Shown: in pieces, positions 28,601-37,678 of the stretch
Layout of the letters: each line of letters starts with the position of its first letter
Position numbering within the stretch: the first letter of the stretch is position 1
Origin: an uncultured Gammaproteobacteria bacterium
GTDB taxonomy: Bacteria; Patescibacteriota; Microgenomatia; Levybacterales; UBA12049
Direction of reading: 5' to 3'
NCBI GenBank assembly: GCA_964474445.1
Contig: CAYYSJ010000004.1
Location: 185-64,184, forward strand
DNA length: 64,000 nucleotides
Program-made: the position numbers and the translations under genes
The notes under the pieces: model-generated
What the model saw: the letters and a program-made list of their open reading frames with translations, nothing else
Database searches by the model: none
What the model was told of the DNA's origin: nothing

Positions 28601-29066
28601 CAAGAAGAGGCAAAAAAGCAAAATGAATAGCAAAGACTTCAAGTGGTGCATAAAACAGTTGTACAACTCCAAGATTAAAACCGTAAAACAATGCGCCAGG
28701 AAGAGCAACTGATTTTTGTTTGAGAAGTCGGTGGAGCAGAAGATACATTCCAAAAATACCGAGGAAATGCATGAGGAAAATAAAGACATATCGAAGGAGG
28801 TCTTGTGGTAAGACAAAACTCATGAACCACAAAAAGAGTGTGTGGACAAAATTTGAGGCATAGGACATACCGTCATAGAGGCCAACACCACGGTATTCCT
28901 GCCAGATCGCAAAAATATTCCTTTGAAGATTTACTGAGAAATTAAGCTCGGGATAGAGGCCATCCCACCCAGCAAGATACGTACCAGGCCGATAATTAGT
29001 AAAAAATAGGATGAGTTCTATGAGGAGTAGCAGACCTAGTGGCCAGAATTTTTTCAGTCTTTGCAT
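25686..29066 (-). CDS. Large polytopic membrane protein, GT-C/YfhO-like glycosyltransferase
   Basis: About 12 N-terminal TMs, AFRFPFTKF, large extracytoplasmic region, IVLSQAYDPGW...VNNWENGW, final TM. Confidence 0.7.
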   Translation of the reverse strand: MQRLKKFWPLGLLLLIELILFFTNYRPGTYLAGWDGLYPELNFSVNLQRNIFAIWQEYRGVGLYDGMSYASNFVHTLFLWFMSFVLPQDLLRYVFIFLMHFLGIFGMYLLLHRLLKQKSVALPGALFYGFNLGVVQLFYAPLEVFAIHFAFLPLLVWSLFLYLQFPIRKNLAVFTFLSFLATPQGFVPQIFISYLFLIFAILGIYWWVNRKTVISIIVKVLGVIFCINAFWLLPYLYGIPQNAPIIMHSKINQMASNKIYLTNKNRGNLIDVMTFKGFMLDTAEFTNQQYSYIMQEWRQYTTTPLFILPSFLFALLMLYGLFLIMQTKNLGFYPFVVTFAISFFFLGNDIWGLNVINAILRFLLPVFNEAFRFPFTKFETLFSFSYTILLSVGFQNLLEYSQKKESVMRLAIYMQKTKQRLSKQNIFKKFITKWEKPTLRFAVHHSSTGVITTFSLLLVLFSLPVFWGHFLFDSVRMTMEPEHKDVINFLSSQPTPQRIAIFPQPTFYNWEYYDNNYRGSGFLWYGIPQATLERSFDPWSNYNENYYWELSQALYSHNADTLKKVFEKYQVGLILLDEHVIYPFAPRTVQFAETKNMLSQIGARQIKQFGKVTLFALPTSPIFTADNLPSVNPYQWGDNDVFYQLHGNYIANTEANFVMPFRSLFTNRSQQEIPVTITESSSIMTLSSTLPADVHHVTIPSFALLESFIQANLIYTKDTKEVALVLQIPHIIIGGQTLSGETLTYPLFTLPDQAAFPLMVSVNNQPPVVLQTDTSTNLGIFLLPIAQDTYVTAVDAQKGSVSTILPKDKVQEAFSKPISIALTSSIPFPIEIQIPKSYATFAPQLTSSNIFNCNTISQGNVQVAKMEKGSLTLSAIHADACLSFFDKEAQSNQGYLLSVKSTHMIGEPLAFWAEDPSEQFSFLYTQLPTNSTTSFFIIPPREKYNLGYAFHLDNISTGQQLTQNRIDSFSLSPIPYNFLTQIIADKGKNQHEGVMQNATFTHPNPSLYDVTTNFSSMDSPTTIVLSQAYDPGWHAYAISGDTSTLIELFPFFYGKELTDHVKVNNWENGWRISNNEPKPMENEHIIIVFTPQYLEYAGLLLFSGTLIFFILNLLPNKFFRLSFHKK

Positions 29067-29067
29067 A

Positions 29068-29970
29068 TTACGCCTCCTGAGAAATAACTACCTGTGTAGT
29101 AGGAGAGAAATGTCTTATTCTTTTTTTGAGGATTTGCCAGGGAGAATACATGCCTTGCAAAAACATATACAACGGAACAATTGCCTTTTCAGGAAGGATA
29201 GTGACCAGGAAGGTTTGTACTATATTAGTGAGTTTTGCAGAAAAACTCATTTTGTACGAGAGTGTTTGGATAGCTTTCATTCGAATCTTTTGGATTGCTA
29301 CAAAGCGTTTTTTCGGATTTCTTAAGGAATAATTTTTCCCATGGATTCTATAATAGAGAAGTTTTTCAGGCAAATTGGCAAATTGTCCATGTCTCAAGTA
29401 GGAAAAGAAGGTGTAGTAGTCATCGTGAATTGTATTTGTTGCTTCATACAATCTCTTCTTGTTGGGGAGTAAAGATCGCCTAAACATACAAGATGGGTGT
29501 AGCATTGGATTATAAATACCAAATTTCTTGTAGATATCTCTATGAGTTGTGGGAAATCTTTTTTCACCAATAAGGGTATTCGTGGCGTCAATAATATATC
29601 CTTGTGTTCCCAATACAAAAATCTCTGGGTGTTCAACAAGAAATGCAACCTGCTTTTCAAGACGTTCGGGGTGGGCAATATCATCTGCATCCATTCGTGC
29701 AATAAATTGTCCTTTTGCATATAAAAAACCTCTATTGGCAGTGGCGTTATCTCCAAGATGTTTTTTAAAAAAGACAGCACGGATAAATGGAGAGAATCGC
29801 TTCGCATATTTCTTGATAATTTTTGCTGTTTTATCTGTTGAATGATCGTCTACAATAATGAGTTCGAAATTGCTGTATGTTTGATGCAGCATACTTTCGA
29901 TTGCATCCCGAATATACCGCTTGCAGTTGTAAGTAGGCATAATAATAGATACTAATGGTTGTTTTTTCAT
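29068..29970 (-). CDS. Glycosyltransferase family 2
   Basis: VSIIMPTYN, IVDDHSTD, RMDADD...RLEKQ, HPS.MFR, DDY. Confidence 0.93.
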   Translation of the reverse strand: MKKQPLVSIIMPTYNCKRYIRDAIESMLHQTYSNFELIIVDDHSTDKTAKIIKKYAKRFSPFIRAVFFKKHLGDNATANRGFLYAKGQFIARMDADDIAHPERLEKQVAFLVEHPEIFVLGTQGYIIDATNTLIGEKRFPTTHRDIYKKFGIYNPMLHPSCMFRRSLLPNKKRLYEATNTIHDDYYTFFSYLRHGQFANLPEKLLYYRIHGKNYSLRNPKKRFVAIQKIRMKAIQTLSYKMSFSAKLTNIVQTFLVTILPEKAIVPLYMFLQGMYSPWQILKKRIRHFSPTTQVVISQEA

Positions 29971-29983
29971 ATCTTATAAAGAT

Positions 29984-30016
29984 GACGCTGCCAGACAATG
30001 CTAGCAGCGTCAAAAA
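29984..30016. terminator. Hairpin, possibly a bidirectional terminator
   Basis: GACGCTGCCAG/CTAGCAGCGTC stem with a flanking A run. Confidence 0.55.
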
Positions 30017-30017
30017 G

Positions 30018-30812
30018 TTATATTGCTGCCCCAAATACTCTTCCCACACTTCGTGCAGCCCGTACAATTCCTGGTTGTCTTCTCAATGCTTCTTGAGCAG
30101 TACTTAGTCGTGCAGTTAACGCACTGTTGATTGCATTTCCGTTATTCACGCCATTTAATTGATGGTAATCAGGAACTAACGAAAACCCTGCTCTTCTAGC
30201 ATGATTTATTGCTTGTTTGTTTATCTGTCCTGCAGTGCAATCTGTTGGATATAGCCAATATTCAATCCCTCCGGAGATAGTAACTTGTGTATTAGCTGGT
30301 ATAACAGCAACTTGAGTTGGTTTTCCATCAACGGTGTCATCCACGATTGCTCCACCTTTGCCGTTGGTATTTATTGTTGCGCCATTGAGGAGCGGTCCTG
30401 AATCTTTTGCCTGGCCACATGCATATTCTGGTCCACTAAATTCGCCCCCTCCTCCAATGCCATATGCTTGCCTATTGAAAAAGTTTCTGTCAATGGCCAC
30501 TGCTAATGCAGCACATCCTAAAGCTCCTAACAAAACTCCTGCCCCGATTGCTGCTGCTGTCCGAGGGTGCTCTCGTATATAGGTAACAGGAGCATTCTGC
30601 CTTGATGGTGCAGCTGCTGCTGACCAGGCTGCTGGTTGTTGTGTTGCAGCCTCAGCTTTCTTGGGTTCTCCTACAGCAGCCGGTACATTAGCTCTGCTTG
30701 TTGCGGCAGCCCTTTCCCTACCCGTGCTGACTGCTGGACGAGGCAATGTTTCATCGGCGAAATCCATACCTCTTGGTGCCATTGGTGCTCTTGGTTGTTC
30801 TGGTGTTGTCAT
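30018..30812 (-). CDS. Single-TM hypothetical protein
   Basis: SD AGGAGGTGA; disordered Ala/Pro-rich N-terminus, TM, small Cys-containing outer domain. Confidence 0.7.
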   Translation of the reverse strand: MTTPEQPRAPMAPRGMDFADETLPRPAVSTGRERAAATSRANVPAAVGEPKKAEAATQQPAAWSAAAAPSRQNAPVTYIREHPRTAAAIGAGVLLGALGCAALAVAIDRNFFNRQAYGIGGGGEFSGPEYACGQAKDSGPLLNGATINTNGKGGAIVDDTVDGKPTQVAVIPANTQVTISGGIEYWLYPTDCTAGQINKQAINHARRAGFSLVPDYHQLNGVNNGNAINSALTARLSTAQEALRRQPGIVRAARSVGRVFGAAI

Positions 30813-30868
30813 ATATTTTCACCTCCTTTCGATACTCCATAGATATTTTTGAAATCATAAACAATGAA

Positions 30869-31597
30869 CTAAGAATCAGTTCTTTTCATTCTCATTGCTA
30901 ATATTCGAAGGATAATTCCTGTTATTCCTGTTGGGAAAAGTGCAACGAGAGGGAGTGCGTCGGGTCCAGTGGGAGGTAGCGTTGTTGTGGGAGTTGTTGG
31001 GAAAACTGTCGGTATGCTCGTGACAAGAGGCGTTGGTGTTACTGTGGTGAGAGTACTTGTTGGAGTAATTGACTGTTGGACACAAAATTGGGAAAAATCA
31101 CTAATGCCAGTGCTATTTTCACTTGAGGTGACTTTTGCTTGATTATTACTACATAAAACACTTTGAGGAAGTGTCGATACAACTTCTCCAACAACAGTAA
31201 ACACCGCAGAATCCCCAGGATTAATCGTGTTTGCTTGAATAGTAACTGTTGCCCCAGCTGGACCTGTCATGCTATCAGGGTTTGGTGCAACAGCAAGGAG
31301 TGAAGATGGTAAGAAATCTGTAATGACAACGTGAGTTGCTTTCCCTCTGCCGGTGTTGGTTACTGTTATTTTAAAGCTTACTCTTTGCCCAGGCTGGAAT
31401 CTTGTATCGTTGAGTCCCAGGTCATGAACATAGGTATTACTGATTGGATTAAAGACAGTTTTGATAATAGAGAGATTTGGATTGGCGCAAGACTCGCCAC
31501 CACCATAGATAGGGACACATTCAGCATACATTTTTGGAATAAAGGTGAGTCCTATGATGACTAACAATGCAAAAACTGGCGCAACAAGGCGTTTCAT
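30869..31597 (-). CDS. DUF11-domain surface protein with an LPxTG-like sorting signal
   Basis: Signal peptide, C.PIYGGG..C, L.I.K.V..PGQ.V.FKITVTNTG...V.ITD.LP, PT stalk, LPPTG followed by a hydrophobic stretch and basic tail. Confidence 0.8.
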   Translation of the reverse strand: MKRLVAPVFALLVIIGLTFIPKMYAECVPIYGGGESCANPNLSIIKTVFNPISNTYVHDLGLNDTRFQPGQRVSFKITVTNTGRGKATHVVITDFLPSSLLAVAPNPDSMTGPAGATVTIQANTINPGDSAVFTVVGEVVSTLPQSVLCSNNQAKVTSSENSTGISDFSQFCVQQSITPTSTLTTVTPTPLVTSIPTVFPTTPTTTLPPTGPDALPLVALFPTGITGIILRILAMRMKRTDS

Positions 31598-31858
31598 TGA
31601 CCTGTAGTTTGACAAAAGGCAATATGAGATCTATATGAAGTTTGTAAACGAAGAGTAAGAAGGGAAAATTATCTTATTTTGCTCTTCATGTACAACACAA
31701 GCATCATGACACTGAATGTATTGAAGCATACTTATTCTCATTGATCCAATGCCTTGTCACTTCTGATGAAATGAGGAATTTTACATAAACAGAGAGTGAT
31801 AGTGGGAATGACAATGTAATAGTGGGGTATTATTCAGCAATGAGAATTATTTTTCTCC

Positions 31859-31888
31859 TTGACAAGAGAAAGATACGCATTCTATAAT
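31859..31888 (+). promoter_or_regulatory. rho promoter
   Basis: TTGACA-18-TATAAT. Confidence 0.7.
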
Positions 31889-31998
31889 ACGTTCAGTTGC
31901 ATTTCGAATCTTCTCGATAGCACATTTGTTTTCCATTCAGAGATTTTTAATCTTAAATGATTCTTAATTCATAATTCTATATTCTTAACTCTAATAAT

Positions 31999-33324
31999 AT
32001 GCCTTATACAAAAAAAACTTCCGTAAGTGATTTCATAGGTTCTCCTTCTTGTGAGGAGTCAACTGAAATGAAAGGGTCGAATGACTCATCTGTCCGTGAT
32101 GGATCTGCAGAAGTAAAACCTCTTGAAGTAAAACCATTTCACCAAAGATCTACTTCACGACCAGTACAAACACTTGATAGTGGTGGGTTAACAACGCCAG
32201 CTGTTATGGCAATGCAAGGGCCAACAGAAGAAGTCCAAGGAATTTTGGATGTTCAACCAGAAGGGCATGGCTTTTTACGCCCTAAATTTATTCCAAGTAA
32301 CCGCGATGTCTATATTTCCCAATCTCAAATTAGACGATTCCTCCTCAGGGCAGGGGATAAGGTAACAGGTGTTGCGAGGCCTCCAAAGGACAATGAAAGA
32401 TACTACGGACTTCTCAAAGTTGAGAAAGTTAATGAACAGTCAGCAGATCAGATAGGACGAAGGCCATGGTATGACGACTTAATGCCTATTTATCCTAACA
32501 AACAGCTTGTTCTAGCTACAGATAAGACACCACTTTCAACACGGCTTATTGATTTGGTAGCACCAATTGGATTTGGACAAAGAGGTTTGATTGTTTCTCC
32601 ACCAAAAGCTGGTAAAACAACCATCTTAAAAGAAATTGCAGCAGGTATTTCAAGAAATTTCCCAGATGTTCATTTAATGGCTGCATTGATTGGGGAGAGA
32701 CCGGAAGAAGTAACAGATATTACCATGTCTGTGAAAGGTGAAGTTATTGCATCTAATTTTGACGAAGCTCCAGAACATCAGACGCGAGTTGCAGAGATCG
32801 CGCTAGAGCGAGCAAAAAGACTTGTTGAAATGGGGAAGGATGTTGTCATTCTTATGGACTCTATCACAAGGCTTGCCCGAGCATACAATTTAGCTGTGGC
32901 ACCATCTGGAAGAACTCTCTCTGGAGGATTTGATCCTGCGGCACTCTGGCCAGCAAAGAAATTCTTCGGTGCGGCACGAAATGTTCAGGATGGAGGAAGT
33001 CTTACTATTATTGCAACAGCGCTTGTTGAGACTGGCAGCAGAATGGATGATTTGATTTATGAAGAATTCAAAGGAACAGGAAACATGGAGCTTCATCTCG
33101 TGAGATCTTTGGCAGAAAGAAGAGTCTTCCCAGCTATCGATGTTGCAAGAAGTGGAACTCGGGAAGAACAGAGAATTCTTAATCCTGAGACGTATCAAAA
33201 ACTAGTGACCCTTCACAGAATGCTTGATATGCTTGGTGAAGATGATCGAACTGAGCGATTTATTGAACAACTTGCTAAGGCAGCATCCAATGACGACTTC
33301 CTTAAGACACTGAAAGCTGCTTAA
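31999..33324 (+). CDS. rho: Transcription termination factor Rho
   Basis: GFLR...DVYIS.SQIRRF.LR.GD, PPKAGKT, LIGERPEEVTD, DSITRLARAYN, EEFKGTGNMEL. Confidence 0.98.
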   Translation: MPYTKKTSVSDFIGSPSCEESTEMKGSNDSSVRDGSAEVKPLEVKPFHQRSTSRPVQTLDSGGLTTPAVMAMQGPTEEVQGILDVQPEGHGFLRPKFIPSNRDVYISQSQIRRFLLRAGDKVTGVARPPKDNERYYGLLKVEKVNEQSADQIGRRPWYDDLMPIYPNKQLVLATDKTPLSTRLIDLVAPIGFGQRGLIVSPPKAGKTTILKEIAAGISRNFPDVHLMAALIGERPEEVTDITMSVKGEVIASNFDEAPEHQTRVAEIALERAKRLVEMGKDVVILMDSITRLARAYNLAVAPSGRTLSGGFDPAALWPAKKFFGAARNVQDGGSLTIIATALVETGSRMDDLIYEEFKGTGNMELHLVRSLAERRVFPAIDVARSGTREEQRILNPETYQKLVTLHRMLDMLGEDDRTERFIEQLAKAASNDDFLKTLKAA

Positions 33325-33399
33325 AGTACCTCTCCATTACGATACCTCTTCAGCCAATTTGACTTCCAATGCCTTGTTTGGTAGCATTAACAATGCCTC

Positions 33400-34536
33400 A
33401 TGCTAATGTTTGGACGGTTTTCAAAGACGAATACTACTGCCAAGTGGGGGAGAAATCTTTGGAGTTTTGTGCTCTTTCTCACATCCTATTCTCAAAGAAG
33501 AGTTTTTGGCTCTTTGCTGTTTTTTGAGGGGAATAAAAATACTTTAGTACGGTTTTTTATGATGAAAAGGGGACGATATAATCGTCCTTTTTTACATTTT
33601 GCTACTATGGCTGTACTTGGGCTTGGTGTCATGATTGCCCCTCTTCTTGCAGATACCTATCCATTATTTGCTGCTAGTGGGGCAGGGCTTGATAAGGCAC
33701 CTTCTGCAAAATCAGAACAATCAATCGCAGTGGATGAAAATGTGTTTAATACTAAGGAATCTGAAAAACCACGATCTCAAGTTATTAAATACATCGTTGA
33801 AAAAGGAGATACGCTTTCAAGTATTGCACAAAAATTTGGGATATCTGTTGATACCATTAAATGGGAAAATAGTCTAAGCGATGATAGTGTTACAGTTGGA
33901 GATACCTTAGATATATTACCAGTGAGTGGAATAGCCCACAAAGTACAAAAAGGCGATACTGTCTATTCTATTGCGAAGAAATATGCAACAGATGCACAGA
34001 AGATCGTAGATTTTCCATTTAACGACTTTGCTAATCCCGAAACCTTTTCTTTAGTTGAAGGCCAAATTATTATTGTTCCAGACGGTGTCAAACCATCTGC
34101 AGCATCAAATTACGTAGCACCTGCACCATCTTATGCTTCTGTCCCACAAACAAGCACTCAGGTGCCTTCTACTGGCGGATTTATCTGGCCTATCAATGGA
34201 GAGATTACCCAGTATTTCAGTTGGTATCATACGGGACTTGATATTGCAGGAGCTGTTGGAACACCAATTTATGCAGCAAAGTCAGGAACTGTTATGGAAG
34301 CGTCTTGTGGATGGAACTGGGGATATGGATGTCATGTACTTCTGAATAATGGTGGCAGTTTCTCAACAATGTATGCTCATATGGTTACCCAGCCATCGGT
34401 GAGTGTTAGTCAGTCAGTTTCACAAGGACAGCTTATTGGTTATAGAGGAAGTACTGGAAGATCAACGGGTCCACACACTCATTTCGAAATAAGAATTAAT
34501 GGGCATGTTGTGAATCCGTTACCCTATCTGCAATAG
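33400..34536 (+). CDS. LysM x2 + M23 peptidoglycan endopeptidase
   Basis: Two LysM repeats (V.KGDT..SIA.K.), HTGLDI, YAHM, STG.STGPHTHFE. Confidence 0.93.
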   Translation: MLMFGRFSKTNTTAKWGRNLWSFVLFLTSYSQRRVFGSLLFFEGNKNTLVRFFMMKRGRYNRPFLHFATMAVLGLGVMIAPLLADTYPLFAASGAGLDKAPSAKSEQSIAVDENVFNTKESEKPRSQVIKYIVEKGDTLSSIAQKFGISVDTIKWENSLSDDSVTVGDTLDILPVSGIAHKVQKGDTVYSIAKKYATDAQKIVDFPFNDFANPETFSLVEGQIIIVPDGVKPSAASNYVAPAPSYASVPQTSTQVPSTGGFIWPINGEITQYFSWYHTGLDIAGAVGTPIYAAKSGTVMEASCGWNWGYGCHVLLNNGGSFSTMYAHMVTQPSVSVSQSVSQGQLIGYRGSTGRSTGPHTHFEIRINGHVVNPLPYLQ

Positions 34537-34545
34537 AGCATGGTG

Positions 34546-35259
34546 TTACGGTTTGTCGCGTCTGTACTGTCTTGCGTACTCTTGAACACGGTCATTATCA
34601 ACTTTATCAACTCGTTTCCAAGAAAATCGCGTTGTTTTATCTTCCTGTTTTTCATAATAACGCCTACGTACCTCACGTCTTCCAAAAAGTAAAATTGAAG
34701 AACGAATCATAATCTTTTCGCTCCATATTCCTGGATATGTTGATGATTTCGCAGGTTCCTTTACCTCTTCTTCAGGCCTGAGGATAATAAATCTACTTTT
34801 CTTCAAATTTTTCAAGCCAAGCTCTTCTTCTAGGGCTCTTTGTGCTTCATGTTCCGGTGTCTCCTCAGGATGCATTTTTTCAGACACATAGTAATTGTTG
34901 CGTTCTTTTTTAGGTTTGCCGTGTCTTCTGAATTTTTGCCAGTCTTCATGAAGGACATACAGCTGTTTTTTCCCAACAAGACCATACTTTCTTCTATAAG
35001 CAAAAGCATACACATATGCTGGTTTTACGTGTCTGAGAAGGGTATTTTGACCATCAGGAGTTATAAATGGGGTGAGGATGGAATCTCCGCTATCAAGCTC
35101 TCTCTCTAAGTCCTCCCGACTTTTAGCTATCCCCTTACCCCAACCAAGCTGTTCTGGATCAATTATGCCTTCTTGAATATATCTATTTAGTAATTGGCGA
35201 CTAGTTTGTGCTGCTGCTTTTACCTTTTCAGATTTTGACATAGGGAGAGATTCTAACAT
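34546..35259 (-). CDS. NUDIX-like hydrolase (degenerate box)
   Basis: EKMHPEETPEHEAQRALEEELGL resembles the Nudix box. Confidence 0.6.
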   Translation of the reverse strand: MLESLPMSKSEKVKAAAQTSRQLLNRYIQEGIIDPEQLGWGKGIAKSREDLERELDSGDSILTPFITPDGQNTLLRHVKPAYVYAFAYRRKYGLVGKKQLYVLHEDWQKFRRHGKPKKERNNYYVSEKMHPEETPEHEAQRALEEELGLKNLKKSRFIILRPEEEVKEPAKSSTYPGIWSEKIMIRSSILLFGRREVRRRYYEKQEDKTTRFSWKRVDKVDNDRVQEYARQYRRDKP

Positions 35260-35322
35260 AAAAATAGTTATAGAGCAAAGTAGGTAGGTCTATGAAAAAA
35301 GATTTGCTATAATCGGGAATAT

Positions 35323-35394
35323 GGGCCAGGAGTAGGTCGGTAATACGCCTCATTCGCATTGAGGAGATGGGCGGTTCAATTCCGCTCTGGTCCA
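35323..35394 (+). tRNA. tRNA-Ala(CGC)
   Basis: Acceptor GGGCCAG/CTGGTCC with G3.U70, anticodon arm CCTCA-TTCGCAT-TGAGG, T loop TTCAATT. CCA not encoded. TGcTATAAT upstream. Confidence 0.88.
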
Positions 35395-35497
35395 CAGGAG
35401 CAATATCTATCAAGTAGTAAATACCTAGCATTTAGGATTTTTGGTTTCTGTCTCTTTATACTTAGTACAAAATATTTTATACTAAATACTCATTCTT

Positions 35498-35570
35498 GGG
35501 CCGGTAGCTTAGCTGGTAAAGCGCCACTATGGCATAGTGGAGACCGAGAGTTCGAGTCTCTTCCGGTCCA
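35498..35570 (+). tRNA. tRNA-Ala(GGC)
   Basis: Acceptor GGGCCGG/CCGGTCC with G3.U70, anticodon arm CCACT-ATGGCAT-AGTGG (A32/U38), T loop TTCGAGT. CCA not encoded. Confidence 0.95.
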
Positions 35571-35576
35571 CATATA

Positions 35577-35606
35577 GGATGCCCCTTTTGAGATAAGGGG
35601 CTGTCC
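35577..35606. terminator. Hairpin between the tRNAs and the convergent gene
   Basis: GCCCCTT/AAGGGGC stem. Confidence 0.55.
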
Positions 35607-35716
35607 ATACTTGTGAAATTTTCGAAAAATTAGTAAATTTCCTTGTTTTGAGTCTGCAGAATAGCTTAAAAAGAAGCGGTTTCCTGGTCGACCGCATACA
35701 CCAAACAAAGAGAAAA

Positions 35717-36544
35717 TTAGAAGTGACCGACGCAGCTATTACCATGACTATTACTATTTGTCCCGTCTGGACAAGTCACACCGGTCCATGTTGTGTTTGT
35801 AAGGTTTGCTGTATTCATATTTTGTGCACCAGTAAAATCTACACCATTAAAAGTTGTATTAGTAAAATTTATGTTTTGAAGATTCGCGTTAGTGAACAAA
35901 GATCCATATATAATTTTATCATTCGAGAAATTAGCATTGGTTAAATTACTCCCTACAAAATATAACGTTGCTCCTGGTGTACTAGGTTGAAAACTATTGT
36001 GATCAGGTGGACTAGATGCATAAAGCAAATTACTAAAATCGGCTCCTGTAAGATTAGTATTTGAAAAATCAGTCAGATTAAGCCATGCACCCTTAAAGAT
36101 GACTCCGTGTATGTCAGCGTTTGCAAAATTTCCATCAACAATTTGTGCATTTGAAAAGTCTTTTCCTTGGAACGTACTTGCATAGTGAGTAAGTCTGCAA
36201 AAAGCACACATAAAGGGAAGTCCAAAGCCACCTCCGCTTCCTGGAGCACCTTGGGGGCCAGGTACTCCGCTTGGTCCTGGTATTCCTTGTGGGCCTTGTT
36301 GATTCCACGAAAGAGCAGTCTCATTATCTTTGCACCCTATGTTTTGACTTATAATTCGTATCTGTCCATTGTCTTTGACACAAGCATAAATTTGTTGCGG
36401 TGTTGTTTGGGCAAAGATATGAGTAACCAGAAGTGTTCCAAGGATTCCTAATACTAAAGCAATTACACTAACAATGGGATGGAAATGGAGAAGATCCCTC
36501 TTGCGAGTTACCCCTTTATCTTTAGAGACACTATTTTTTTTCAC
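35717..36544 (-). CDS. Exported collagen-repeat + pentapeptide-repeat protein
   Basis: TM/signal, IYACV...G..RII...C...E..LSWN, (GXY)7 segment, A(N/D)(L/F)xx pentapeptides, C-terminal TCPDG. Confidence 0.85.
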   Translation of the reverse strand: MKKNSVSKDKGVTRKRDLLHFHPIVSVIALVLGILGTLLVTHIFAQTTPQQIYACVKDNGQIRIISQNIGCKDNETALSWNQQGPQGIPGPSGVPGPQGAPGSGGGFGLPFMCAFCRLTHYASTFQGKDFSNAQIVDGNFANADIHGVIFKGAWLNLTDFSNTNLTGADFSNLLYASSPPDHNSFQPSTPGATLYFVGSNLTNANFSNDKIIYGSLFTNANLQNINFTNTTFNGVDFTGAQNMNTANLTNTTWTGVTCPDGTNSNSHGNSCVGHF

Positions 36545-36597
36545 TTACTTATATATTAGTAAGAATAAAATAATTGCATTTGTCAAGAGGGCGAAAA

Positions 36598-37531
36598 ATT
36601 AAAGTTAAATATCCGACACTTCTGAAATACAATGGAAGTGATGGAACAAACAACAAAAATCATATTAGCGTGGGAACTGTATGATCAGCATGTACCAAAA
36701 GCACATATCGCTCAAAAGCTGCAACTAAGCAGAGCTACCATCTATGAGTGATTAGGAAAAATTTCTGCTCATCCTCAAGGACTCACGGGATTTCTTGACA
36801 CTACCAATCAGCAAAGAAAGGTTCCCGAGCAAAACGTAAGGTTGATGGGCTTTTGAAGGCATGAATATATCGTTTGAGAGAGGAGAACAGGCAGTGTTGT
36901 GGGCAAAAGATACAGGAATACTTGTTTGAAGAGTGTGGAACCTATCTGTCAGTTCTAACCATCTACACAATCCTTTCAGAAAAATACAAACTCAGAAGCA
37001 AGTGGAAAAAGAATCAAAAAAGAGGAACTCCTACTAAGGCAATCAAGCCTCGAGAATTCATCCAAATGGATACCGTCCACTTTGGGATGGTGTTTGCGTT
37101 TACTGCTGTTGATACCTTTGCCAAAGATGTTTCTGTTAAATTGTATCTAACGCTCACAAGTTTAGACGGGAAGGATTTTCTTCAGAGATCATTTACTGAA
37201 CGATTTCACTATGTATAGCTTCTCCAAACCGATGGCGGACCAGAGTTCAAAGGAGAATTCAAACAAGAAGTATTTCATTTTGCAGACAGATTTCGAGTAG
37301 CACGACCATACAAGAGGAATGAACAGTCATTCATTGAGAGTTTCAACCGAACCTTGAGAAAAGAGTGTTTAGGTTGGGGCAATTTTTATCCTCACCAAAT
37401 ACCAGGTCTTGAAAAAGAACTCAGCGAGTATTTACACTATTACCACAACAAAAGACTCCATCTGGGACTGAACATGAAAACACCTAACCAAATACTCAAA
37501 GAATACCAAGTGTCGGATTTCTAACTTAACA
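36598..37531 (+). mobile_element. Degenerate IS481-family-like insertion sequence
   Basis: 24-bp imperfect terminal IRs sharing ATCCGACACTT. The right end is ...CTAACTTAACA (TGT terminus); the left end has lost its TGT. No target-site duplication seen. Confidence 0.8.
36641..37524 (+). pseudogene. DDE (rve) transposase pseudogene
   Basis: HTH (IAQKLQLSRATIYE*), FIQMDT, TAVD, *LLQTDGGPEF, RPYK.NEQSFIESFNRTL, YYHNKRLH. Three in-frame stops and at least one frameshift. Confidence 0.88.
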
Positions 37532-37678
37532 TACCGACTCTCCTTTGCTTTTTTTAGTCTGATTTTCAGGTCCACATTGCCTTTCTTGATCATTTCTGAT
37601 ATACTATTAAAAGTATTCTCCAAAGGGTTACCTTCTCAAAGGAAAAACACCGGGAAAATCGAGAGGAGGTGACATTCC

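Noticed and set aside
36641-37218. Two TGA codons at likely Trp positions in the transposase, suggesting stop-codon recoding
   Set aside because: The same element also has an in-frame TAG and a frameshift, uses TGG elsewhere, and intact genes end in TGA (e.g. 10602). Ordinary decay explains it.
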